Shown: positions 1-11,785, counted from the first letter of the whole stretch. The stretch: DNA of 63,067 nt, filler included, from Octopus bimaculoides (GCF_001194135.2; 6 parts of 6 records of this genome joined end to end with filler, not necessarily neighbours in it), one strand, 5' to 3'. Notes: generated by a model from the letters alone, not told the origin. Numbers and translations are program-made.

Positions 1-32
<32 letters not shown>

Positions 33-469
33 GCTTATGCACTTATGTCACCAAATGTACATATAGATATATGTGCATATATACATAAAGTGGTATATAC
101 AAGGAGATATATTAGAAAGGGTATATCGAATATATAGAGGGTGTTTGAAAGGAAGGGAAAAAAAAGGGGGACATAGAAAGAGTGTATATACAGTCATGTG
201 GAAGAGATGTTTGTTCTTAGTTCTATGAGAAATACAAGGGAGAGAAACATGAAAGAAATGAGAGGATGAGGCTGTAAAGGAAGAATTAGTGAAGGAGATG
301 AAAGGCAAAGAGAAGAAAATATATGAAATAATGGAGATGTGAAGTTGGAAAGTGGCCATGCTTGACATGCTAAAATGAGTAAGTGAAAGAGGTATTAGAG
401 GGAATCACATATAAACTGATTTTGTTGGTAGTAAATACACAGGGGCATTGAGCTTAACAGAACCTGTGA

Positions 470-730
470 AATGGACTCTTTTGAATGTTCAGAAGGGGCC
501 TTAAAAGTAGCAGCTGTAATGTGAGTGATGTAATTAGCAATGGAAATAAACAGTCCAAATGCAGGTAGCCAGAACAGGATAGGAGGAAATCTGGGAAGCC
601 ATCAGATCTGCTGCCAACAAAAGGGATTCTCCATTTGAGTGAGAAATGGAGTGTATGGTTCTTGTGTGCAAAGAACGTGATGTTATACGATTGGGAAACA
701 TGTGCATTGAATGTAGAAGATTCTACAGCA
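470..730 (+). mobile_element. Degraded RTE-clade LINE fragment (post-RT region)
   Basis: Nucleotide similarity (gtagccagaacagg...gtgtatggttcttgtgtgcaaag...tgaatgtagaagat) to the post-RT part of the long LINE at about 52500-52660 in this window; many stops. Confidence 0.5.
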
Positions 731-1454
731 TCACCAACTCCTCAGCCACCACTTTCACCACCATCACCCTGACCATGTGAAAAACAATTTTTTTTCACCT
801 TCTTCTTCTTCCACCAATACCACCACCATCAATGCCATGTTATTCCAACCCATCTGTCCTCCCATGACTACCACACAGTAGTAACAATTTTATTCTTATT
901 ACCATCATTTCATGTTACCCATGAGGGTGGCAATCTAACCAGTGCGTGTCCATTCATGTCTTTTGGCCATCATTTCTATATAATCAAGACGTGAAGTTTT
1001 TGATGAGTGAATCAAAACTGTATAGACCTATAAGGTCACATACTTCTGAGCTGTCAAATACACCCATACTAAAACCAAGGCACTCTTTGTCCCTAGCATT
1101 AAAATGTCACTAGGGCCAAATAAAAAAGAAAAAAAAGAAAAAGAAAACAAAAAAAACTCAACATACTGATGTAGTAAGGTTTGAACCAGCAGCCACATGG
1201 TCCTTATTCCAGCTTCTTAACCTCAAAACTAATCGTGTTTATTTACTGAAAATATTGCTTAAAAGGTGAATGACTTACTCAAGAAGTGGCTTCATGACTT
1301 TGTTTTTGAGAAATTTCTCGTCATAAAATGGTCGGCAAACTTTAGTTATCTGGATGATGATTTGGTCCTTGCTGGTTAAAAAGTCCAGATACTGCAACAA
1401 CAACAGAAAGAAGAAGAAAACAACTTAAAAGATGAAAGCAGAAAATAGGGAGGA

Positions 1455-1626
1455 AAATCATAATGTAAAATTTTGCCACAAGGGCAACATTTGGGGTAGG
1501 GGTGGGGATAAGTCAATTACATCGACCCCAGTATTCAACTGGTATTTATTTTATCGACCCTGAAAGGATGAAAGGCAAAGTTCGGCAAAAGAGACCGATA
1601 GAATAAGTACTAGGCTTACAAAGAAT
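1455..1626. mobile_element. Chimeric SINE fragment: family A (minus) fused to family B internal part (plus)
   Basis: atcgaccccagt...aaaggatgaaaggcaaagt (family A reverse complement) runs directly into tcggcaaaagagaccgatagaataagtactaggcttacaaagaat (family B, identical to 6028-6070). Confidence 0.7.
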
Positions 1627-1959
1627 GAAACCTACTCCATTATCATTATCACTTGGTCCTCTCTCATCTCTCCTTCACACATCCATTGGACATTACTCCT
1701 TCCTTCATCTCCGTCTCTACCCCCACCCCAACACTCTTCCTTCTGTTATTCTCTCCTCTCCATTAAGATATTCTTACAATAAATCTGTTCTTTTTCCTCT
1801 CGAGGTGTTCTATTTTGCTTTGCAAGTTACAAAGTAACCCCCGCTCCAAAAGAAAAATGGTGGAACCACAAAAAAGTACCCTATACACTCTAAGTGCTTA
1901 ATAATCAATTTAAACAGTAACAACATTGGGCTTGAGAGGGCTCTTTAGTCTTGCTGATG

Positions 1960-2355
1960 GCAAGGCAACCTTTGTAGTGCTGGTGCTATGAGAAAAGCAC
2001 CCAGTACACTCTATAAAGGGATTGATGTTAGAAAGGGCTTCCTTCTGTAGAAACCATGCCAAAAACTTGAAACTTTGAAGGAAGACATGGTTCTCCAACC
2101 CATGACACCAGCGTAGCCATGTCATCATGGAAATCAGACATAAAATGGTGATGATGACAACAATGATGGTGGTGGTGGTGGTGATGACGATGCTGATGAT
2201 AATGAAAGCAGTGGTGATGATGATGAGGATGATGATGGTGATGATGATGACATGGTATTGGTGATGACGACAATGAAAACAATGATGTTATCGATGATGA
2301 TGATGATGATGATGATGATGGTAATGATGATGATGATGAAGATGATGATTTAATC
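1960..2355 (+). mobile_element. SINE family C copy followed by GAT/GGT low-complexity tail
   Basis: aaaagcacccagtacactct...ttagaaagggc...tgtagaaaccatgccaaaa motif shared with copies at about 16400, 16820, 54940 and 60300. Confidence 0.65.
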
Positions 2356-2824
2356 AATTTAAGCTACCATGTCAAGTTTGACATGAAAGCCATGATAGAC
2401 TAAAAAAAAAAACATCATAGAAGAAATAAAGAAAAAAACCCCCAAAAATAACCTCCAAGACTTGGAAGATTTTATTTATGGTCGGTGAATCTTTGAGAAT
2501 GAATTATTCCTCCTTCAGCTTTGGTAACCATTTGAAGACCAACTTCAAAATGTCATCTCCCGGATTGATAGCTTTTGCATTGGAGCAAATTCTATCATAA
2601 AGTTCTTGGATAGTCTCTCCAAGAACATAAAAGTCATTCCATAAAAACTTGTTCGTGATGGCAAACAGTTTGAAGGAATATGGTCCATTTGTGGCCAACA
2701 GAATCTCCATTTATTAACATTGTCCAATATCTGACATGTTTTATACTTTGTGAAATCAAGTTGAGGTATTGGAGGATTAAAGTTTAATAGATTAGCTGTT
2801 AGTATAATCCAATATTTTTTCTGC

Positions 2825-3072
2825 CCATCATTATCATCATGATAATCATCATCCTCATCCTCATCATCATTGTTTTCATCGCCATCATTGTCATCATCAT
2901 TGTCGTCGTCATCGTCACCACCGCCATCATCATCACTGTCATCATCATCATCGTCATCATTGTCATTGACATCATCATCATCAGCATCATTCTCGTCATC
3001 ATCAACATCATCATCATTGTCGGCTTCATCATCTTTGTCGTCATCACCATCATTATAATCATCATCATCACC
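2825..3072. repeat. (CAT/CGT)n degenerate trinucleotide microsatellite
   Basis: Direct inspection; explains the poly-Ile/Met/Ser ORFs. Confidence 0.9.
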
Positions 3073-3169
3073 TAGTTTCCCAGGCAGATTTTCTGTGGCC
3101 AGATGGCCTTCCTCTCACCACCACTCACCTGTTCCCAAGCAAGGTTGATATTTCCTTCAGACTCTTAGT

Positions 3170-3605
3170 ATTTATTGTTCCTGCACATCTGCCACACACA
3201 AAGGTGACCTTATCCTTTAATCTTCCCATGATTCCATTGCATCTCTTATGTGTCAATTATCTTACATTTGGTGCAGTGAATGGAATTACACCCCACTCCT
3301 TTCCTACAAATTGAGTAGAACCATTTACCTGACAGAATTAGAGTCTTATTTGGTTTCTTGATAATAGCATCTTTAGTCTTAGCTAGGCTAACTTTAAGGC
3401 TCTTTGATTCCAGGTTTTGCTTCCATGCCTGGAATTTCTTCTCCAATTCTGCTACAGATTCTGCAATAAGAGCAAGGTCATCAGTGTATAGTAATTCTGA
3501 TGGGCATCCAGCTTTGAATTCCTCTGTTATGGCCTGGAGTACTATGGTGAATAGGAGCGGACTAAGTAAAGAGCTCTGGTGAACCCCTACTTGTACACTA
3601 AATCC
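3170..3605 (-). mobile_element. RTE-clade LINE reverse transcriptase fragment
   Basis: ORF 3246-3632 gives GVHQSSLLSPLLFTIVLQ...LLYTDDLALIA...CRKGVGCNSIHCTKC (RT motifs QGxxLSPxLF and YADD plus a Cys cluster); homologous to about 51975-52320. Confidence 0.85.
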
Positions 3606-3790
3606 ATAACACACACACACACACACACACACACAAATGCATATGTATATACGTCAAAGAAGACAGACCTTGATGCAGCCCTGCAGCTCAACGGTTCCTA
3701 GTCAAACAATTGGGCCCATACCAATATAGAAAGCAGATGTTAGTTGATGATGATGATGATGATGGTGCATATATGTGTGAGTGTGTATTC

Positions 3791-3842
<52 letters not shown>

Positions 3843-4364
3843 ATACACAGCCAAAAGAGCTACTAATAGTTTCATGCTATTGATACATACATGTATAAAT
3901 ATATATATAGTACATAAACATACAAACATAAAAACATATATATATACACACATACACACATACATATATACATATTTACATCGTCAGCCAATAAAAATAG
4001 AACAAAAAAAAAAGACAAGCAAAAACAAAAAAAAGCAACAACAGAGAATGTTGTTTCCAGAAAGGATGTTATATTCATTTCCTGGGGAGAGGAAATATTG
4101 GTCAACCAATACTGGCGTTAGATTATTCAGACAGACAGAAAACTAATTTCCTCTCGACAAATGATTGGTTTCGGCTTTTCCAGTCACATGACAGTATTCA
4201 AAGCTTCCCAAATTTGTTGTTGTTATTGTACAGGAAAGTGGAACCATTTATAGAGAATGTCTGACTTTCATTTCATAGAGATTCTATGGTGTCACATGCT
4301 GGAATAATATAAACATATTTAACATTTCTGTGCTGTTTTTGTTTGCATTTTTGCCTCGTTTGAA

Positions 4365-4600
4365 GCAAGTGATTGTGTAGTATGAAGTCTGCTTTTCAAC
4401 CAAATGGTTCTAGGTTCAGTCCTGTCCTACTGCATTGATACCTTGGGCAAGTGTTTCTACTATAGACTTGGGTCGACATAAGCCCTGTGAGTGGATTAAG
4501 TAAACAGAAACTAAAAGAAAGTACCGGGGTCGATTCATTCAGCTAAAAATTCTTCAAGGCATTGCTCCAGCATGGCCATAGTCTAATGACTTAAAAACGT
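4365..4600 (+). mobile_element. SINE family B copy (internally deleted)
   Basis: aaccaaatggttctaggttcagtcc...ccttgggcaagtg...ctccagcatggcc, shared with the full copy at 19990-20385. Confidence 0.7.
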
Positions 4601-5169
4601 AGAAGAGAAAAGATGAAGTCCACTGAAATATTTTTTCCTCAATGAGTTGCAAATACTCCCTTGTACTGCAACATATAAAGCAAACGAAAGGAAATAGTTG
4701 TGGGACGTTACCTTGCTGACATGGATTGGGTCTAAAGTGTCCAATATTTCCAGAAAGAAGTCCAGCGTAAATTGCTTCAGTTTGAAAATGTAGATATAGG
4801 TGAGAACTGAAAAGATGGAGAGAAATATTGGTAGATATTTGAAAGAGATGCTGATGGGAGGGGGAAGAGATGCTGATAAAGAAAAGAGAGGAAGATCTAT
4901 TGTTGTAAGATATTGGGGAGAGTTTGCCAAAATAACTAAAGAAAAAAACAAAACAAAAGATGTAAATGAAAAGTAAAAGAAATAAGTGTGATGTAAATGT
5001 GTGTGTGTGGTTGAAAAAAATGGTGGCCAAAATACTGGAGAGTCCAGGTGTAAATGAGAACCAGTAGAAAATAGATGTAGATGTTGGCTGAAATTGGAAA
5101 GAAAAATCACATATACATATATATGTATATATGTGTGTGTGTGTATATGTTTGTGTGTGTATATGTTTG

Positions 5170-5385
5170 TGTGTCTGTGTTTGTCCCCCCCACCAACAAC
5201 GCTTGACAACCGATGCTGGTGTGTTTACATCCCGGTAACTTAGCGTTTCGGCAAAAGAGACCGACAGAATAAGTACTAGGCTTACAACGAATAAGTCCTG
5301 GGGTCAATTTGCTCGACTAAAGGTGGTGCTCCAGCATGGCCACAGTCAAATGACTGAAACAAGTAAAAGAGTAAAAGAGTAACTG
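5170..5385 (+). mobile_element. SINE family B 3' half
   Basis: tgtttgtcccccc...cgcttgacaaccgatgctggtgtg...ctccagcatggccacagtcaaatgactgaaacaagtaaaaga. Confidence 0.85.
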
Positions 5386-5881
5386 TTAAAGTAGTTATAC
5401 ATTTGGGATGGGGGGGGGGCATGACATTGAATTTTCTTTCTATTTTTTTTTTCTTTGAGAAATGTAAAAAAGTGATCTTACTTATAAAAGTATTTTCTTC
5501 AATTTGGCTTAATTGAAAGCTGTNNNNNNNNNNNNNNNNNNNNNNNNNNNNNNNNNNNNNNNNNNNNNNNNNNNNNNNNNNNNNNNNNNNNNNNNNNNNN
5601 NNNNNNNNNNNNNNNNNNNNNNNNNNNNNNNNNNNNNNNNNNNNNNNNNNNNNNNNNNNNNNNNNNNNNNNNNNNNNNNNNNNNNNNNNNNNNNNNNNNN
5701 NNNNNNNNNNNNNNNNNNNNNNNNNNNNNNNNNNNNNNNNNNNNNNNNNNNNNNNNNNNNNNNNNNNNNNNNNNNNNNNNNNNNNNNNNNNNNNNNNNNN
5801 NNNNNNNNNNNNNNNNNNNNNNNNNNNNNNNNNNNNNNNNNNNNNNNNNNNNNNNNNNNNNNNNNNNNNNNNNNNNNNNNN

Positions 5882-6150
5882 CAAAGCCTTGTGAGTGGAT
5901 TTGGTAGACGGAAACTGAAAGAAGCCCGTCGTATATATGTGTGTGTGTTTGTGAGTCTGTGTTTGTCCCCCCACCATCGCTTGACAACCAATGCTGGTGT
6001 GTTTACGTCCCCGTAACTTAGCGGTTCAGCAAAAGAGACCGATAGAATAAGTACTAGGCTTACAAAGAATAAGTCCTGGGGTCGATTTGCTTGACTAAAG
6101 GCGGTGCTCCAGCATGGCCACAGTCAAAAGAACTGAAACAAGTAAAAGAG
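5882..6150 (+). mobile_element. SINE family B copy (5' end lost in gap)
   Basis: Same conserved body as 5170-5385 and 19990-20385. Confidence 0.85.
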
Positions 6151-6589
6151 TAGAGTATTCAAATTACTGATGGCTATCCACATCTTGATTCAGTAACCTG
6201 AGGTCATTTAGCAGGTGTCCCTGGTTCCACACTGACTCCAGACCGTATGCATTTGAACATATCTGCTCTTAATGACATGTCTTGTGAAAGAGTAGGATAA
6301 ACGATGTACATTGTTTAAGCTGTTGATAATTCAGATCTTATGAATTGCTTTTTTTATGAAAATCTCCAGATTTATAAAGAGAAAACATTATAAGAATTTT
6401 TAAGTGTAAAAGAAAGAAATACTTGTCAAGAACTGTTTAATCCTTTTGTTGAAATACACTGCGTTTGTTTCAATTAAATTTGAAAATAACAAAGAATTTA
6501 GCAAAATAATTCTGTCATTATCAAAATGGTGTCTGGAAGATAGATTAACATGAAATCTTGATGCAATGTTTTAATTTAGATCACTTTAA

Positions 6590-6810
6590 CTCTTTTGTTA
6601 ACATATTAGTATTGAAATACATGGCATTTGTTTCACTTCTTTGGAAAATTATAAAGAATTTAGTGAAATAACTTTGTTGTTATCAAAGTGGTGTTTGGTG
6701 CATAAATTAATATGAAATGTTGGGGAATGGTTTTACTTAAGACCAATTTAAAACAGAAAGTTTGTATCATAGAAGGAAAGGTGGTCTCAAGCAAGTTAGC
6801 ATCAAAAGAG
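6590..6810. mobile_element. piggyBac-like MITE (TTAA flanks, short TIR) with a partial tandem copy at about 6440-6585
   Basis: TTAA|CTCTTTTG ... CAAAAGAG|TTAA (6586-6589 and 6811-6814); internal sequence duplicated immediately upstream. Confidence 0.55.
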
Positions 6811-6849
6811 TTAAAGTAAATGTTATAATAATTACAACAAACAGAGCAA

Positions 6850-7000
6850 AATCTACATTATTCATATTTGACGGATATTTGTCCTCATCTTGTTTGTTGT
6901 TAACACAACGTTTCAGCTGATATGACTTCCAACCTTCATCAGGTGTCTTGGGGGAATTTCGAACCTGGGTTCTCATTCCTAAGGTATTTTTCGATGTTAT
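6850..7000 (-). mobile_element. Penelope-type pseudo-LTR-like non-autonomous element, copy 1
   Basis: Close match to 59160-59285; minus strand reads ...aagacacCTGATGAagg...GAAACGTTgtgttaacaacaaacaagatgaggacaaatatcc. Confidence 0.7.
6902..6947 (-). ncRNA. Minimal hammerhead ribozyme-like motif (type I, Penelope-type), degenerate stem II
   Basis: gacac-CUGAUGA-a-gguug/gaagucauau/cagcu-GAAA-CGUU-guguu: core boxes intact, stem I 5 bp, stem II with wobbles, palindromic ACGU stem III. Confidence 0.55.
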
Positions 7001-7013
7001 TATTATTATTATT

Positions 7014-7082
7014 ATGGCGTAGTGGTTAAGAGCGCGGGCTACTAACCCCAAGATTCTGAGTTTGATTCCAGGCAGTGACCTG
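7014..7082 (+). mobile_element. tRNA-derived SINE head (Pol III A and B boxes)
   Basis: A box TGGCGTAGTGG (7015-7025), B-box-like GTTTGATTCC (7060-7069); no proper acceptor stem, so not a tRNA gene; flanked by (ATT)n and (AAT)n. Confidence 0.7.
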
Positions 7083-8149
7083 AATAATAATAATAATCAG
7101 TTGTGACACTGAAGTACTTTCACCTTTAGGATACTTTCAAAAATCGCCAACATTTAGCAGGAACCTTTACATAAAAATTCTTAATAGACTCCTAATATTG
7201 CTTGTATCAGAAATCTGCTTTTTGTCTTCAGGAGGGAATCATCTCTTTCTTCATCATCTGCTGTTGTCTTTGTTGTCTCTGGATGAATTCCATTAACTCA
7301 CTGTTGTACTTCCAAGCGAAAATGAAACTGCAGAGAGCCTGATTGTTGCAGTTGCTCTCTGCAATTCCACTTAAGCTCCGAAGGATGACAGCAAGTTGGT
7401 TTGGTTTCAGTGAGAAGATGCTGTTGTTTTTGTTGTTACCATTGTTGTGGCACTAGCTTCTGTATCTTCTGTTGTTGTTGTTGTAATTTCTGATCATATT
7501 GCTGTTGTTGTCAGGTTTGTTCTTCTTGTTGTTGCTCGTCATGTTTGCTGCTGTTAGGTCAAGGCTGACCTGGGATGAACAGCAACAACAACAGTAGCAG
7601 CAGAGTGGGAAGGTCTTTGATCGTAGGTTTGTGGGATCAGAGCTGCTCTGGGAATAACAAACAAACCAATATCAAAAGGGAAAACTGTCTTTATAGAAGA
7701 AGGGATCGAAGCCAGCATCACTTCAACATGTTTACTGCTGATGTAGCAACAGCTACACACACACACATAATGTAATGTGTTTCTTCACGATAATGGAATA
7801 TCTACTTCCTGAGAAAATGGAAAAAGATGGAGAAAGCGATCACGGTCAAAAGGTGATTGATCTAGTGACTCTTGGCAGGTGATCTACTGCGCACTGTTAA
7901 AAATGATGCATCTGGAAACGGAAAATAGGAAGAAGAGCCTAGCAACAAGTTTTGGGATTGATTACCTGAAAGGATCCAAGATGATCCATCCATTCCTGGA
8001 GACTACAAGAGTGCCAAGAAATATTTGGTCACCATTCCATGGTGGAATACAAACATTTTGTTGAAAGAAGCAAAAGATTTTAATGTGTTGTTGTTGTTGT
8101 TTAGTTAGTCCTGATTGAGTATACCTGTGATTTAAAATATATCAGGTAC

Positions 8150-8420
8150 TTGCATGGTTGTGTGGTAGGTAGTTTACTTGCTAACCGCATGATCTCAGGT
8201 CCAGCAGTGGTGGAAGACAAACACACGTGCACACACACGCAGATACACACACACACGACATGCTTCTTTCAGTTTCTGTCTACCAAATCCACTCACACGG
8301 CTTTGGTCAGCCTGAGGCTATACTAGAAGACACTTGCCCAGGGTGCCACACAGTGGGATGAACCTGGAATCATGCGGCTGGGAAGCAAACTTCTTACCAC
8401 ACAACCATGTCTGTGCCTTT
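8150..8420 (-). mobile_element. SINE family B 5' half (minus), preceded by a short plus-strand head fragment
   Basis: cttctttcagtttctgtctaccaaatccactcac...gacacttgcccagggtgccac...aaacttcttaccacacaacc is the reverse complement of the family B head. Confidence 0.75.
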
Positions 8421-8845
8421 ATTTAATAAATTACATAAAAAAAAGCAAACCAAATTAGCAGCAATTTAAACATAATGAAGAAACAATCAATTAATAATAA
8501 TTGGTTCCCTCATATATTAATCTAAAAGTGAGAAAGGAATGGATTATTTTGTCTGTTAAGAATTTTTTAGAAGTGATATTCAGAAGCAGTTTGTGAAGCT
8601 TGTAATGAAGAAAGTGGGGAATGGTAAAGGCTGAATGAATCAGCCAATTAGATAGCAATGCAATGTGCAATGAAATGAGAATAATGAATATATAAATAAT
8701 TAGGTATGTTAATTACATTTGTTTACAGCTCTACCTGTGACACCTGCAGAGAATTAGTTTCAAGACTGAGTCAAACAGTTACAGTTCCATGGATCCATAT
8801 TTCTTTTTAACCATTCTCCTGTTTCCATGCTTCAACATTTAATAT

Positions 8846-8880
<35 letters not shown>

Positions 8881-9199
8881 TGTACATATATATACACATG
8901 GCGGTCTAAGAATCCATAAATCAGGAAAAATGCATTTACCATATTTCATTCCATAACTGCTGTCTCTGAAGAGAGCAGGGTTACATAACCGGACTGTTAC
9001 CTAGCACTCCGTTGAATCCTTAGTGTGAAACTGATCGGTAAGATCATGCATAATGGATATATGATACTGTATGCTTCGATTAACATACATACATACATAT
9101 ATATATAGACAAACACACACACAAACTTTTACTTGTGCATCATCACAGCATATCATTGATGAATAGTTTTTCACACTGTTTGAATATATAGTCATAGAC

Positions 9200-9611
9200 T
9201 GGGGATTCAGCTCGTCTTCGGTTCAGTCCAAGTGTGTGGTGTTGATAAGCCACAAGGATGGTGAAATATTGGTATCCACCATTCTTGGGTTTGATCCAAG
9301 GTAAATTGTCTCACCTGGTCTATGACTTTCAGGTGTTTCATACACACACATTTGTTTGTGTATGTGCTCTTGTCTTGAAATCACATAATGGTTGTAAATG
9401 AGCATCACCATCAAACAGGTGGTGTTGTTTGTTTCCAGTCTTCTGTGGAAAACATGTCTGGCCACGAAGAAATGTTACCTTGCTAGGAAACAGGTGAAGG
9501 CTGGTCACAGCACGGGTATCCAGTCCATAGAAAATCTGACCTTTGCAAGCATGAAAAAGTGGACGTTAAAATGAAGATGATGATGATGATGACGATGATG
9601 ACGATGATGAC

Positions 9612-9644
<33 letters not shown>

Positions 9645-9645
9645 A
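9200..9645 (+). mobile_element. SINE family D copy with (GAT)n tail
   Basis: tggttgtaaatgagcatcacc...ggaaacaggtgaagg...agaaaatctg...catgaaaaagtggacgttaaa(GAT)n; related copies at about 18060-18300 and 54490-54620. Confidence 0.7.
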
Positions 9646-10139
9646 CAAATGCAGAATGGAGCTAGCCATAATATTTTGTCGCAAAAAATTTCTGAATGAG
9701 AAATATGTACTAAATAAAACTCAGAGCTTACTCAGAATGTTATTGGCAGATCCTCAAACACTGGTGTTCAACTTAATTCAGTCCCCTCAGTGATGAGCAC
9801 TCACAAACATTCTAAACTTCATCAAAAAACATTTGTTCTGATATAGAAATTGGCAGTGAAAGCATAAGTTGATTTGTGCAAATGCATTGAAAAGCAAAGC
9901 TGGCCTGAGTGGGATTGAACTTAGAATATAAAGAGCCAGAAATAATATAAAATATTGGTTTAATCCATAAACCATTTTCTGCCAACTTGTGTTCTTCTCC
10001 CAATCTTAGAAATTCATACAGCTGTTAGTTATTGTTGTTGTTGTTGCTGCCGTTTATCCTTCCAGGACCAGAAAAAAACCTGGGTTGATTTAACTGATAA
10101 GACTCCTCTGCAACATGTGAGTAGCCATGTGGCTATTTT

Positions 10140-10490
10140 AGAAATCATCATAATCTTTGTCATCATCACCATCCTCCTCCTTTCCCTCTTCATCATCATT
10201 GATGTCACCATTGTGGTCATCGCCATTGATATCATAGTTGTCAACATCATCAGCACCATCATCATCATTGTCAACACCACTGCTGCAGCTATTACCACCA
10301 CCTCCACCATCATCATTGTTCTCATCACCATCACCATCACCACTACCATCACCATCAATGACTACTACCCTCACCACCAGCTGCCTCCTCCTCCTCCTCA
10401 TTGTCCTTGTCATAGTAGTCAACGTTGTCATCTTCATCTTCCTGCTCATCATTATCAACTTCACCACCGCCACCATCACCACATCAAACA
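10140..10490. repeat. (CAT/CAC)n low-complexity tract
   Basis: Direct inspection. Confidence 0.85.
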
Positions 10491-10672
10491 ACAAAGAGAC
10501 CAAGGTGAACTCGACAGGTGATAATGACGTGGGTGGGTGGGTGGAGGTGGTGGAGAAACCTTTGAATAATCAAGAATTGAAATGACAGTAAACAGCTTAC
10601 GGCAAGGATGGATCATTACAGTCTAGACTAAATTGGTATCTTTACACAATTAAACACACACACACATACACC

Positions 10673-10711
<39 letters not shown>

Positions 10712-10994
10712 ACACTATCAATAAATGGTTTGCCAGAAAAGGTCAATAAGACATGACCTGCAAATCTTAACGAAGCCCCCTTTCTTTACCTGGAGACCAA
10801 ACTACAGCAGACAATTTGGTTTGTTTCTTGTTTCGTCAAACTGAGTTGTTGGTCATGTCAAGTATTGTGAAAGCTGAATCTGGTGCATGCATCTTTCTCT
10901 CTCTCTTTCTCTCTCCTCCCTCCCTGCCTCTCATCTCATTCCAGTGTCACTTCACAAAGATGTCGATAGTGGTGCTAGAGGGGTGTTTTTCTTT

Positions 10995-11215
10995 TTAAAC
11001 TTTTAGCATTTAAACCATCTGTATTCCAGCCCACACATTCCACTAGTTTTACATTCAAACTGGCCAGATCCGGTCTCTCACACCCACCCTATAATGTCTT
11101 TCTCAAAAATAATCAATCACATCATTGAAATCTCAAAGCTTACAAGATAATGCATGATTAATTCAAAGTAATGTGAACAGATAAATATCACATTTGATAG
11201 AGAAATGCTGAATAT
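10995..11215. mobile_element. piggyBac-like MITE (left TTAA end, right end eroded)
   Basis: TTAA followed by acttttagcatttaaac...; right end gagaaatgctgaat is only partly complementary. Confidence 0.4.
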
Positions 11216-11412
11216 TCTTTTCTGCTCTAGACACAAGGCCTGAAAATTTTGGGTCAGTCAATTAGATCGACCCCAATACACAACTGGTACTTAATTTATC
11301 AACCCCGAAAGGATGAAAGGCAAAGTTAACCTTGGCAGAATCTGAACTTGCATGTAAAGACAGAAGAAATACTGCTAAGCATTTCGCCCGGCATGCTAAC
11401 ATCTCTGCCAGC
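11216..11412 (-). mobile_element. SINE family A, near full length
   Basis: ctctagacacaaggcctgaaaatttt...tagatcgacccc...aaggatgaaaggcaaagtt...catttcgcccggcatgctaac; matches 43610-43830. Confidence 0.85.
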
Positions 11413-11752
11413 AAAAGTGTCTTTGTTTAGATAAGATCAAATGTTTGTATAAATATAAGTAAATGATGAATGATTGTGCAAATGTTTGGATATATATATA
11501 GTGCTTGTGGATGTCTAGCTGCATTTGTGTGTTGTTGCATTTTTAACTGTTACGTGCTGTACAGCACATTGGTCCATCCATGCCCCACCCTGTCCGGTGT
11601 GTTTGGGTGTTTATTTTGTCATATGGTAGATGAGAAGCAGTTGCTGGTTTCTCACTCAGCCTTTTTCCTCTTTTCTTGGAGGTCAATGCAATTGTGCTTC
11701 ACACTTGACACTGCTGCCAAGGTAGTGCAATATAACTGAGTCTGTGAGAATG

Positions 11753-11785
<33 letters not shown>

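Noticed and set aside
2028-3075. Poly-Ser/His/Met/Ile ORFs (also at 10-10.6 kb, 17.4-18.9 kb, 25.0-25.4 kb and 57.5-57.8 kb)
   Set aside because: They are translations of (GAT/CAT/GGT)n microsatellites, open in several frames on both strands, with no splice or domain support.
5282-6016. Long ORFs spanning N runs (also 20.5-21.7, 22.8-23.6, 39.6-40.4 and 47.0-47.7 kb)
   Set aside because: Their length comes from untranslatable N gaps.
7014-7082. Possible tRNA gene
   Set aside because: A and B boxes are present, but I could not build an acceptor stem or a full cloverleaf; it fits a SINE head better.
7790-8070. Peptide-like frames (EEEPSNKFWD*LPERIQDDPSIPGDY)
   Set aside because: Stops occur in all frames; at best a very old LINE endonuclease remnant, too weak to call.
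8960-9000. CTGAAGA as a third hammerhead core
   Set aside because: No stem II followed by GAAA and no NUH with stem I at suitable spacing.
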